A stretch of DNA of 64,000 bases. Source: Podarcis cretensis. Its lineage: Eukaryota. Positions 52,938-64,000 of this stretch are shown one piece after another; the first letter of the stretch is position 1, and every line of letters starts with the position of its first letter. The position numbers and the translations under genes are program-made. Location: positions 52,266,001-52,330,000 of the forward strand of contig OX638154.1 of the NCBI GenBank assembly GCA_951804945.1, written 5' to 3'. The notes under the pieces are model-generated. The model searched no databases and was not told the DNA's origin. It saw nothing but the letters and a program-made list of their open reading frames with translations.

Positions 52938-54624
52938 TTTTTGTTTTTTTAAATGATATTTATTAAGATTTTCCAATTACAACAAAATAAAAACAAAACA
53001 AAACATCCAATTTTAAAATCTTTTTCCCAATAACATCTTTCCGGGACTTCCCCTCCCCTCCCCCTCCTGTATTCCAATTCTTACAAATAAACAAGAAAAT
53101 TCAACAAGTTCTTATCCCAAATTTAAACTTATTATCATTGACCCAATTTTAAAAATATTTTTCCATCCCCTAAAATCGACCTGTTCCCTTCCGCGAGTTC
53201 CCCCCTTTAATATGCAATACAGATTAAAATAGAAAAAAGTAAAAAAAATAATTTTACACCCTTTGGATTCCAAATTTCCCTCCCCCCTTTCCCAGTTGCG
53301 TTCCCAATGTTCCTCAACGTCTGATGTCTTCCTGGAGTTCCCACATCTCTCTAAGCCATAGTCCTTTCCCAGTCATCTTTAATTTCGAATGTCCAATCTT
53401 GGAAGGAATCTGTCTCAAAAAAGGCCCATTTCTTCCATCCAGATTTTTATATCTAGGAGTAAAAACTCCAATTTTATTTCTTTAAGCCTGTCAAATCTGG
53501 ATGTCCCAAATGTTCCCACTTCCAGCTTTGTCCCGTTCTTATTATTTTTGTTGTTCTTGTTGATCTCACTCCTTTTTTTTTTTTTCCTGCTCTCCTGCAC
53601 AAATGTTCTAATTCCAAAAGCTTCTAATTCCTCTGCAGAGGCTTGTTATTCAGGAACAAAACATTACGTCAAGTCCCTTTCATTCTTCAATAGATAAATC
53701 TATTGTCTCCTTTAGTGTGTAGACCTCTGTAGACAAAATAGTGTTCCATTTCTGCAGTTTCCCTGGAGATAGAAAGTTCTGGTCAAATTCCACGCCAACA
53801 ATACTTGTAATATCCCTCGGCTCCTCTAGGTGGTTTGCAATAACTGAATTCCCTTCCAGATCACGTCCACCAGTCAAAATAACTTGTTATTCCTTGTTTA
53901 AAACAATTTGTATCCAATTTGTAACAAATGTAACCGGCAAAGTCCTCGTAACAAAGTTCTCTATTTTATTCTTCCGCTTTGACAGCTCTTTGACAGCTGT
54001 CAAAACCTCTATTTCTCTTCTCCCGGCGCTCTCACAAATCGCTCCCAGGGTTCCGGGGGGGGGGGTTGCTTTTTAATTCAATTCAATTCCACTTTTCTCC
54101 TCCAGCTCAGTCTTATGATTTTCCCTCGCGAAGTTAATAACTTTGTCAAAGTAGGGTTGCACTCGATCTTAGTTGTCAAATCCTTTGCTTTAACTCTTCT
54201 ACAACGGGGGGGGGGCTGACTTCCTTTTTGCGCCTCCCCCGCTCGCTCCGATTTTTTTAAAAAAAATTATCCCCCTTTTTAGTCCAGGTTCCGATTACTC
54301 ACGGGTTATTCTTTTAAGTCCAGATTTTCAATAGAAGAAGTCAGCGCTCTCCGTCGAATGGCATGCGGCTTCGCTCGGCAGGGGAAGCGAAGGACTCAAA
54401 GCACCACCACCCCCGTCACCCGCTCCGCAGCCTTTAAAAAGGCTCCTTCGCGGGTCGGGGGGGCGCAAAAGGTGCCAGCCGAGTCACCATGTCCATGGGT
54501 TTCAGCGCCCATGGTTTTTGAGGGTCCCCGCGTCGCCGGCGCGGTAGGACCCAGCCCCTGCCGAGCCGGCTCCCTCCGGAGCTCGGAGGGAGTCCGCCAT
54601 TCGGCGATGGCGCCAACCCGGAAG
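52938..54624 (-). mobile_element. Non-autonomous L1-like (HAL1-like) retroelement, 1.69 kb, with intact 5' end
   Basis: 17-bp TSD TGTCTCACCCCAATTTG at 52921-52937 and 54625-54641; CpG-rich 5' end starting CTTCCGGGTTGGCGCC; A-rich sense strand; AATAAA (52964-52959) and A-rich tail; no RT motifs seen. Confidence 0.8.
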
Positions 54625-57600
54625 TGTCTCACCCCAATTTGAATGACTTTGTTGCTTGTGCTCATCCTTTGCATGGTGGGTTGAAGGGTTTCTGAACATT
54701 CCTCTTTCCTGTACTTTTAATACTTCCTTGCAAACAAATTAAAGACTTTGAGAAAGTTCTCCTAAAAAGATATCCTTTGCATGTCACAACTAAGTTGGAC
54801 CAGTGATGAATTCTTCCACTACCATCTAACACCCTGAGAGAGTCACACAGTGCCAGCTTGGAAAGAATATATCAGATTGCAGATTGCACAAAATGAAACC
54901 AAACCTCTGGACCCAAGCTACCTTGTCTTGATAGAAGTGAACAATTCGGAGCCATCTGATTGATACTGGAACTGCTCACCCTCAGCCAATATTGCTACCT
55001 TTTCTTCCACTGCAATGATTCCTTGCTGTATTTGCACCAGGTGGGTGAACCTGGTTGCTTTAAGCAGAAGGCAGGGAGAGGCCATCCTGGCACTACAACA
55101 GTCTTAGCTGAATCTGTGTAAGAGCCATAAAAAGAAGGGCCTGCCATGTGGGGAACATCCACAACCATAAAGACAGAGACCTACACAACTGAGCACCTTC
55201 ACTCCTAAATGTCCAACCATCCCACCTCCCCAGCTGAGAATGCCACACGTTTGTTCGGAACTGACAAATGCTCCCTTTGTAGGCCTGCCCACTGGCACAG
55301 AATGGCTCCCAAACACACAAAACACACATGCTTAGCTCTTTCCCCGCAATGTATTTGCCAGCTTTATGGGCCCATTTTTCTTGTCAAGCTGACAGCGCTG
55401 CTAAGTGGATTTCTCTCTGATATGCGGACAGATTATCACATTACCCCAATGTCCAACACAAACATATTACTTTATATTCAATAGCTCTAATGAATATAAA
55501 CTGCTTTTTCTCTTTTTGGGAGGGGAAGGAGGCTGGTGGGAGGGGGCAATCTATAGATTTTTAATGAGGGCTGCTATTTACTCCCTCCTCTTTAAAACAG
55601 GCTGAGGTGCAGCCTCTGACTGGAAAATCAATGTTGTTATTGTTGGAATATTGTATATTGATATTGTAATAATAAGATGCAATTGGTTTAGGGGTGCGTA
55701 TGGATGGGGTCAACCCAGGGTTACTCTGCCTAGAGTGTGGTGCTGTCTCTCAAAGTGGACCATTTGTTTTAGGCAACCCAATTCCCCATTTGAACGCAGT
55801 GAATCCTCCCATCTGCACCCCTCCAAAAAGAAAAATGTTTGCAAACGGTAGCATAGCACTGGTGGCAACCCCCAAAGAAGCACCAAAGCTCTGCTAAAGA
55901 AAAAACAAACAAAATCTGGTTAAGAGCTGATTAGGTCCCAGCCCCCAAGGAAAAGTAAGAGGGGGAAATGAGAGACACTCCTAGAATTTCAGAAAAGGTG
56001 GACCTCTGGGCTGTGTGTGAAAAACAAAAAGATGAGTTGGCCAAGCATGGGGACAGGGCAACAACTTTATATAGTTTACATGACCAAAAGGCTAAAGCCT
56101 GCCCTGCCCTTGTGTAAATGAGAGTTTAAATTCTGGCCCCAGCAGATGCAGACACAGACCCAAATGTGAAGTGTGTGCAACAGATGACCCTGCACAGTAG
56201 GGACAGCGAGGCTAGAGATGCTGAAACTGTCCCTCATGAAATCCCAATGAGATGCTGGAACTAACTGGTCTCTGCGCCCGGCCTTGGGAAATGTGCTCAT
56301 TTGGAGTGAAGCTGGCTGCACCTGCATTATAGCCACCAAGACGGATCACCCAGTGGCCTGCGCTGAGCAGGTCCATATTTAAGCTGTCCCCATGCTTTAT
56401 GGTCTGTACAGGAGCTGATGCAGAGGCAGCGAGAGGCCATTTGTCACTGCTGGAATGGCAGATTCCTGTTAATGAATAATATCGCTGCTCTCTTTGTACA
56501 ACAGCTCTCGGCACTGGGGGGGGGGGGGGAGAGGATGTTCATTGGGCTGCCTGCCTTGCTTCTGGCTTCCCTTTATTTGCCTTTGTTACCCAACGAAAGA
56601 GTCTGCTCAAACAACCTGTGCGCCGTCACCCACTGTCACAGTATCTCACAACTCTGCCAATGCAACTGGAAATAAGGATGTTTTCTGTCTTGCCATCATA
56701 CCTGTAAGTCCTAACCTTGCTGCCTGCCAGTTTGCTAACAACCAGCGCCAGACTGAAATCCATCACTCTGTGACCGATGAGCTGTCAGATGATGGCTGTA
56801 TTGTTGAGAGAGCACCAAGATGCCCCCCACTGTCCATGGGTGGCTTGCACCTGTGCCTCACTCACATTGGTCTCAGCCCCTTCACCCCTTCCATGGGCCA
56901 GCTTTCTCTCAGGTTTTTCTCAAGAGCATCCCTAATGTATCACAGGTCAGAGTGATACAACAGGAAAGACAGGTGCTTTCTGGATCTAGTTAAGCATTAT
57001 CTCCTGATATAAAGCCTTTTCAGCATCCACTGGCAACTGATCTGCAGACTTCCAGGGCAAAAATGAAAGGCAAGTTAGGGCAGAGTGCATTTTTCTTAGA
57101 CCAATGCCTCTTGTAGGCTGAGGCAGGTTCTTCAAGGTTCAGGAGCTTCTCCCCCCAAGATGGACCAATAAAAGACAGCATATGCCTCAGCTTCACCTAC
57201 ACTCATTTACTCAGAAGCAAGCACAGCTGATTTCTATTATTTCACTTCCTTGTAGAAAAAGAAACAGTAGTTAGGAGGTCTAAAACTGTCACGACTGCCC
57301 CGGCCCTTTATCACAGATAGACAGTCCTGGGATTCTTCACAACTGCATGAACACAAGCTTCCTTCAAGCCATATTAATGATGTTAGATATTATTTGGTTG
57401 TGTCTGATTTGGTTCCACTTTTTGACATCCTATACTGAATACAAAACAGAAAGCAACAAGAATAAAAATACAAGAACAAAAATGCAGGAGTACAAGAATA
57501 AAAATAGAAGTGTTTAAAGCAACATGTTTCTAGTCCTCATTATTCACAAAGCAACAAAATGCACCTGTGTCAATGGGGACACAGAGCTGCATGAAGTAAA

Positions 57601-58944
57601 GAAGACTGGTCTCATGGGAAACACTCGTCCCCTTCTCCCCACCCCAATATCCTCTCTGCTTTCTGATCCTTTATTATTAACCACAAATGCAGTAATTTTA
57701 GGCTGCTGTCCTGCATGCTAATATGACCCTCTGAAAAATAAAACAGGATGCATGAATGTGCAAATGTAAGGTACTAGTTTAAGCTTTAGCATGCATAATG
57801 TTTTTCAATACATATTGCTTCAGTTATTCTCAAAACGACCCTATCAGTTTTGCAAAAGGTGGGGAACTTAGGCAGGATCCACACTAACAGTTTTGCCACT
57901 TTTCATTTCAGAGAGGTTCCTCATTGTCCCAGGACACATATTTCTGTCTTTCCTGTAAATGCACACTCCTCACAGAATCGTACTTGGTTTTTAAATACAT
58001 TTTTCTTCGACAACATTGAATTTGTCACATTTCTGATAAGTTTGATGTATTGTGATTTAAAAGGCAGCCAGGGCAAGGGGAATGTTGAAGCAGGATATAG
58101 TTTGGATAATATCATCTCCTTGTGGTATTTTCCCTATAATTTTCTCTACTACTTTTTTAAAAATAGTATTTTGCAAAACCTGCAATCAGAATAAAATATA
58201 GCAGATTAAGAAACTCTATTCGAATTCTAATGTGTCATATTTGCATCATTTCTAACCAAGGGCACCCTACTGGTTCAAGTTCCAGGTCAGATGCAAAACT
58301 AACTCAAGTGAGCTCCCTTTGCTGTCTCAAGAAAAACCACGACATTGCTGCCTTTCCACAAATAAATTCTCAGCCTTTTAATCGCCTTGTCTTTAGTCAC
58401 AGGGGATCACAACAGTGCCAGTTTTTAATCCCAGTGCCCTTTCAAAATATAGGAAGCTGAGAAGGGGTTGTTGCCACCATAGGCTCAGAACCCCTTGAAG
58501 TCAGCCAGTTTATCTAGCCTGTTTGCCCTATTTGTGTCCAAGTTCTGTAAATTTTAAAAGGGGGGGGGGTTATTAAGGATGATGGGATAATGAGCATATG
58601 GAATAAGCTTGTTAGAACCAAATACTAATCTCAACATACTATAGTTTCAAGTACGATCCAAAGCAAATACTAAATTTCTCTATAGCTCTCATTGTTTCAC
58701 CCATACTTCACAATCCTTTGCACCCTCCTTTATTTCCTGTTTGGGAAATTTCACTGCTCAAATAGTTCAAGCCCACACTTGTTTCCATATAACTGCAAAG
58801 GTCAGTTTCTCATACTGGCGCATAAAGAATGAAGTCCTAATGCTGACTTCATCCGATCGCTGTGTACTCTGTGAGGAACATCTAACAGATAATGGAGTTA
58901 GCCTGAGCATAAACTGCTGATCAATTAATGTGTTTTTTGGGGGG

Positions 58945-59128
58945 ATGGAATCATGGCTCAGTGCTTAAGCACATGCTGAAGGGTTCAGTTCCTAGCATCT
59001 CTAGTTAAAGGGTTCACAGGTAAACTGGACTAGGAAAGGCCACTTCCTAAAACACAGGTAACTGTTGCTGCCAATTGGAGCAGGCAGCACTGGCCCAGGT
59101 GGATCAGTGCTCCGACTCAGTATAAAAA
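58945..59128 (+). mobile_element. Old squamate tRNA-derived SINE (Squam3-like)
   Basis: A-box-like TGGCTCAGTG, B-box-like GGTTCAGTTCC, 3' end GACTCAGTATAA. Confidence 0.55.
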
Positions 59129-61799
59129 ACACATAATATGGCCATAGAAACAGGCGAGGAACCTGAGTCATAAAACAGGGCATCTTAGAAGCCATTCCTG
59201 TGAAGCTGATTTTCACGTAGACCTGTCACTTTTAATCACAAACCTCTTTGAGGGAAATGAACTGCTTGCTACATGGAACAGCCACACTGTAGTACTTTTT
59301 AAATAGTCACTACTGTGTGTGACAGCTTTTTTGCATGAATCAGACCAAATTACACCACACTTAGCTCTCAAAGCCTCAGCCACCAACTAGATGCAGCCGC
59401 TGCATGTGTATTATCTATGCAAGTTCTTTATGTGTTTACACACACAACAGAAATCTGTGGCTATGAGTTCCACAGTAGAATAGCATGTTTAGTTGAAATA
59501 GCACTTGCTGAATTAAAAAGATGAAGTTAATTCCTTCCAAGCCCACAAGACAGTCGCAATGCCACCAGAATACAGAATGACAACAACGAACCAGAAGTGA
59601 GAATTAAATTGGGGTGTTCTCTCTCTCCTCCCTCATACCTTCAATATGGCCCCAGTGGGAAGGTCCCTGGGACTGCCGGCAGGTATCTCAGATAGTGCTG
59701 ACAGCAGATGGACAGAACATTAAGAATAACTTACCTCATTATCTGCAATTACATTACTGCCACACACCTCATTTCTTCGCAAAGAAAAGAAAATTAGTTT
59801 TATATTGACTTCATCCTAGCACTTTTCCCAACCGGCCACTGGATAAACCACTCATTGTTTGAAGGCGGGGATTTGGGACATAGAGTGGGGGGTGGGCTTT
59901 GATGCTTCAATGAATAACAATTTATCCTAACCTGTTGCCTAAAGGTGATACTCCCCTCATACACAGGAGTCCATGTTTTTGTGTGGAAGGATAGGTTTAG
60001 GAATGAGACACAAGTTACTAGGGCTTGATCTTGGATTATTAGCCCCTGAAATGAGAAACTTCAATTCACAAATCACCCGTATGGTAGTCAATGGCATTCA
60101 AAAGGCCCAGCTTGGAGGTGAGAAGTTCTCAGGCCATATAGGGATCTGTGTCTGCTATACACAACATGCTTCATTTCCATTTCCTGTCTGGCCCCTGCCA
60201 TGGGATGTCACCTTTCCAACTTACATAAAGACCCCAAACAATGGCCTGCCCCCAAGGGCCAGCATGCCTGAGAACCGAAATGGGGAAAGCGTGCAGGGAA
60301 GGGGCAGCAGGTTACAATGGAGACATTTCCCCCTGTGTCGGCATCCTGCAACCTCTCCATCCATTAGCCGTAATTGCTGGCAGCAGAATAACAGCATTTT
60401 TAAAAGCAGAGCTTTGCTCTGCTGGGCAGAAAGAAGGGGGAACATGCTCTCTGCTTCAAGGTGCAAATGCCAGGCTCCCATCTGTCAGGAGGAAGGGCAG
60501 ACGGAGCCACCCGAGGGCCCGTCACATATCCAATTTGCTCGAGAACATGGGATGGTCCTGCATGCAAAGGGAACACAAGGAATCCTTGAGCAGGTAGAAA
60601 TCATGCCCAGCTCTGAGCTAAACAAGTTGCCCCCTGCTGAGAGATGAAGAGGCTGACAGTGATTCACATCTTCATTTACAGCCTCAGAAAAAGGCTAGAC
60701 CATCCTAATGGCTCACCACTTTTATCCCTGCAAATATATACTATATCTGTATCTCGCCTGCATCCAACACAATGAGCCAAATTTAGGTTTTAAGGCACCA
60801 TCCAAGCCACTCTAAATACAGGTTAGTGGTGGCTTGCCAGAATCCTAATCTGTGCTGAATTCAGCCTGTGGTAGCATATGCTATACTACAGGCTTGGGAT
60901 GGATAGCAGTGTACAGTACAAAAGTTAGAAGTAGAAAGTCATTTCCAGTGGTTACTATGAGCTGAAATGTTTGGTGTAAATCATCCCTGAGGCTCAGTGA
61001 GGAAGACACTTGGCCTGCTAAATTTCTCACATATTGTGGGTGGTGCTGAACTCAGTTGTGGGTGGTGCCATCACTTTTCAATGTCTCCCTCCCCACTTTG
61101 TGGGTGTGGAGGGGGGCCTGGCCCTTGCCAGAGGTCTGACTTCATCACTTGTAAATTCCTTTGAATCTAGGCTGAGGGTTTCCCAACTGGCCTGTGCCAA
61201 CCATGCCAAAGGTCTCTTCACTGAGGACAAAGAAAGGCAACTTTTTTGGAGAATGGCCAAAGTATTGTTTGGATTGCCATTTAGTGGCCTCGGTTAACCT
61301 GGCATGCAATGAGGTGGAAGGCTGGTGAGGCTCATATCCAGTTGCCATTCAAAACAGATGTATAAATCCAGCCATCACATTGCCTGAATGATCTACTGTT
61401 CTATGTAGTTGTTTCATGTTTATCCTGCTGCTCAAGGAGCTCAGAAGCATTTTGGCCTCCTGAGGTAAACTGGGCTAAGAAAGGGATTTGCTACCATATC
61501 TACCATACTTTCAGGAAAATATTGTTCCCAGCTAGGAGTTCACAATCTTGTTCACCATTTTTGCCATACTGACATACAGTCAGGCTCTAGTAAAAAAGAG
61601 AAGCCCAAGTCTCTGCTGAAGGGAGAAGGAAGAGATATGTTGACTAGTCTCTGCCTTGCTAGGGATTCCAAGTACTGTATAGAGGCAAAACAAGTACAGA
61701 TGGTGACCATTTTAGGCACGATCACTGATGTGTGGGTCCTTTTGGACCTGGAAGAAGTCACAATGGGGCAAAACAAGGCACAAAATGGTTGTTGCCTGT

Positions 61800-62558
61800 T
61801 GTCAGGGACTCAGCGGGAGCGCAGGGAGGAGAGGAGATGGAAAGCGAGGGGGAGCAATCCGAGGGCAGCGTAGGAGAATATGACAGCAGCCCGATAGATT
61901 CCATGAGCCTCTCCAGCGAATCGGAAGATTCACAGAAGGGGGCGCCGATGGGCAGGGCAAGGGGCGACCCAAGGGGGACATCCCAGAAGCAAGGGGCCAG
62001 CGGGGACTCCCAGAGCAGCAGTTGCAAATCAGGACCAGCTTCCCCACCAGAGCGTAGTGGGGGGGAGGAGTCCCAGGTGTCAGAGCCCACATATGCACCA
62101 CCAGCGAGAGAAGATGAGTCAGGGTGGACCACGCCTCCATCGGAGAGCGAGTTAACGGTTAAGAGGAAAGTTGCAGGCTGGGCGCGCGCGCCAAGTTCAA
62201 AGGTACAGGCGAGCGGCACAGAAGGTAGCCCGGATAGGGAACCAGGTCCTAAAGCCCGCCGGAAGGAGGGGCAAGAATCGTCAGGGTCAGCGTCAGAGGA
62301 GTCCAGGAAGGATGAGACCCTAGCGGGCAGGAGGGCCCAGAGGAGAAAGGAATTTAGGAAGAGGTGGAGCAAAGCGAGAGTCTTAAACTGGTGTGGAGGG
62401 GGAGGAGACTCAGACAGGACTTCGCCGGTCTAAGGTCGGGACGTAGAGCTGCACGCTGCGGCTTTGAAATGGAGACTGAATCTCAATAAAGACTTTTGTA
62501 CATAACTACAGCCTAGCGTTGGTCCTCTGTGAGCTGGGACCTGGAGGCAGCTCTGACA
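61800..62558 (+). mobile_element. Solo LTR (759 bp) of an LTR retrotransposon/ERV
   Basis: TG...CA ends with inverted repeat TGTCAG / CTGACA; perfect 5-bp TSD CCTGT at 61795-61799 and 62559-62563; AATAAA at 62485-62490; GC/CpG-rich against the flanks. Confidence 0.88.
61837..62433 (+). CDS. Putative 198-aa Ser/Glu/Gly-rich protein with basic C-terminus, encoded inside the solo LTR
   Basis: Strong Kozak context GAGGAGATGG, uninterrupted frame to TAA, AATAAA about 50 nt downstream; no homology recognised and expression unknown. Confidence 0.4.
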   Translation: MESEGEQSEGSVGEYDSSPIDSMSLSSESEDSQKGAPMGRARGDPRGTSQKQGASGDSQSSSCKSGPASPPERSGGEESQVSEPTYAPPAREDESGWTTPPSESELTVKRKVAGWARAPSSKVQASGTEGSPDREPGPKARRKEGQESSGSASEESRKDETLAGRRAQRRKEFRKRWSKARVLNWCGGGGDSDRTSPV

Positions 62559-63579
62559 CCTGTAAACTCATTTCCACTTCCCTTGTCTAGCTCTGCGATG
62601 AAGCAGGGGCAGAGGGATGTAGAGGCACATGGGCTTGTTTGCACCTGCCATGCATTTTGAACACCCAGCAACTGCAGAGGCAAAGCAAGCCTTTTGTCAC
62701 CTCCAGTTCCAAGATGGAGAGGGCAGGAAGTTATTTTCACACTGTGCAAAATGTTCCACCACCACTCCAGCTCCGGACTTCCAGCTGGAGAAGGAAGCAG
62801 GGGAATGCTCTCGGATTTGTGCTATGTTTCAGGGGTCCAGTATGCGGTCAAGGACCAGGCCCCACCCGCTGAAGGATGATGATGATACTCTTGGCACCAA
62901 CAAATTTTGGGTTGGCCACCAAGGCAATAAATATTTACTGGCCTCTAATCCCAACTCTAGTACCTGAGATGCCAGAGATGGAAACTGATACCTTATACAT
63001 GCAAAAAGAATTGTCGCAAAGCAATGATTCCTCCCATGCTTCTCTTAATGACAATTATGATTATGTTATGAAAACAGTCACTGTTGGCTTGATCCCTAGG
63101 ATACACCTGTGCATAGATGAGTGTCCAACAGCCAAGGCATTTGTTTTCTCCAGCATTTCCTTCTTTCCTGGCCAGGCCTGCTATACCCTAGGAGCTGCAT
63201 TCCTCATCAGCCTCCTTTCTCCCTGGCCACCATCCAAATAAAAAAAAGAACATCCCATGACATCATAACCCCTTCCACTCGCTCAACATTTATATTTGTT
63301 AAACTTTTTAGCAAACTTTCAGATTTTTGTGTGCATTTGAAGTTCTCAGGATTTACTCAACATCTTGCACCCAGTAGTCCAATCAAGCTGGGCCTATTTA
63401 TTAATCACCTCCCAAGAAGCATCCCAAAATGACTGAACAATAAAAACACCAACAGCAAAAAAACATATAAAAACAAGTTATTTATTGCACTTTTAACCTG
63501 CTCTTCCATCAAAAAGGCTCCCAGAGCAGCTTACTTATCAAGAAGAAAGTCCCTGCCCTCAGGTTTATAATCTAAAGCA

Positions 63580-63852
63580 TAATAAGATCAGAAGAGACTG
63601 CTGGATTCAAGCCAGTGGCCCGTCTAGTCCAGCGTCCTGTTGTCACAGTGGTCAACCAAATGCCTATGGGAAGTGCGCAAGCAGGATCTGAGCACAACAG
63701 CATACTCTCCTCTTTTGATTCTGAGCAACTGGTATTCAGAAGTATAATGTCTCCAACAGTGGAGGCAGAACATAGCCATCATGACATGACTAGTAGTCAA
63801 TGACAGCCTTATTCTCCATTAATTTGTCTAATCCTCTTTTAAAGCCATCCCA
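63580..63852 (-). mobile_element. CR1-type LINE 3' end (squamate)
   Basis: AAGAGACTGCTGGAT...GGCCCGTCTAGTCCAGC...TTTGTCTAATCCTCTTTTAAAGCCATC is typical of a reversed reptile CR1 3' region. Confidence 0.65.
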
Positions 63853-64000
63853 GTTTCAGAAGCCAGTTCTGAAAGTTACAGTTCTTATGATGATCAGCTG
63901 TGATAGAAACAGTTCAGGTAGACTGACGGAAAGGCTGCTGCTAAGTGATGGTAGAGAAAGAACCAAAGGCTGCTGGTCTCTCGGCAGAACCAATAGAATA

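Noticed and set aside
59973-60647. 224-aa ORF on the + strand
   Set aside because: No recognisable domain, composition typical of non-coding DNA, no supporting exon structure, and probably intronic to ERI3.
61732-61836. N-terminal extension of the 233-aa ORF in the track
   Set aside because: It starts at a non-ATG codon outside the LTR and crosses the TSD; the first ATG in this frame is 61837.
45816-64000. Penultimate ERI3 exon
   Set aside because: Searched by eye for the expected peptide ending ...HIGRPHSGI on the - strand and did not find it; it presumably lies beyond the window.
1-64000. Prokaryotic-type systems (CRISPR arrays, operons, rRNA)
   Set aside because: The sequence is intron-containing vertebrate DNA; no spaced direct-repeat arrays or rRNA signatures were seen.

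Overview
Vertebrate (squamate, most likely lacertid lizard) genomic DNA, judged from three young Sauria SINEs and squamate-type L2/CR1/MITE repeats. It holds the complete DMAP1 gene on the + strand: a CpG-rich promoter near 8.3-8.9 kb and 10 coding exons from 11021 to 40425. The exons join through canonical GT-AG sites into a 1392-nt CDS encoding 463 aa. Convergent to it lies the last coding exon and 3' UTR of ERI3 on the - strand (CDS 45815-45733). No further ERI3 exon was recognised, so 45.8-64 kb is probably ERI3's last intron. Most ORFs in the supplied track are chance ORFs or exon/TE fragments. The most unusual items are: (1) a 759-bp solo LTR (TGTCAG...CTGACA, 5-bp TSD CCTGT) mostly filled by an intact 198-aa ORF with an Arg/Lys-rich C-terminus; (2) a 1.7-kb non-autonomous L1-like element with an intact 5' end and 17-bp TSDs but no ORF2; (3) a 12.9-kb DMAP1 intron with enhancer-like motif clusters and candidate poison/alternative exons.
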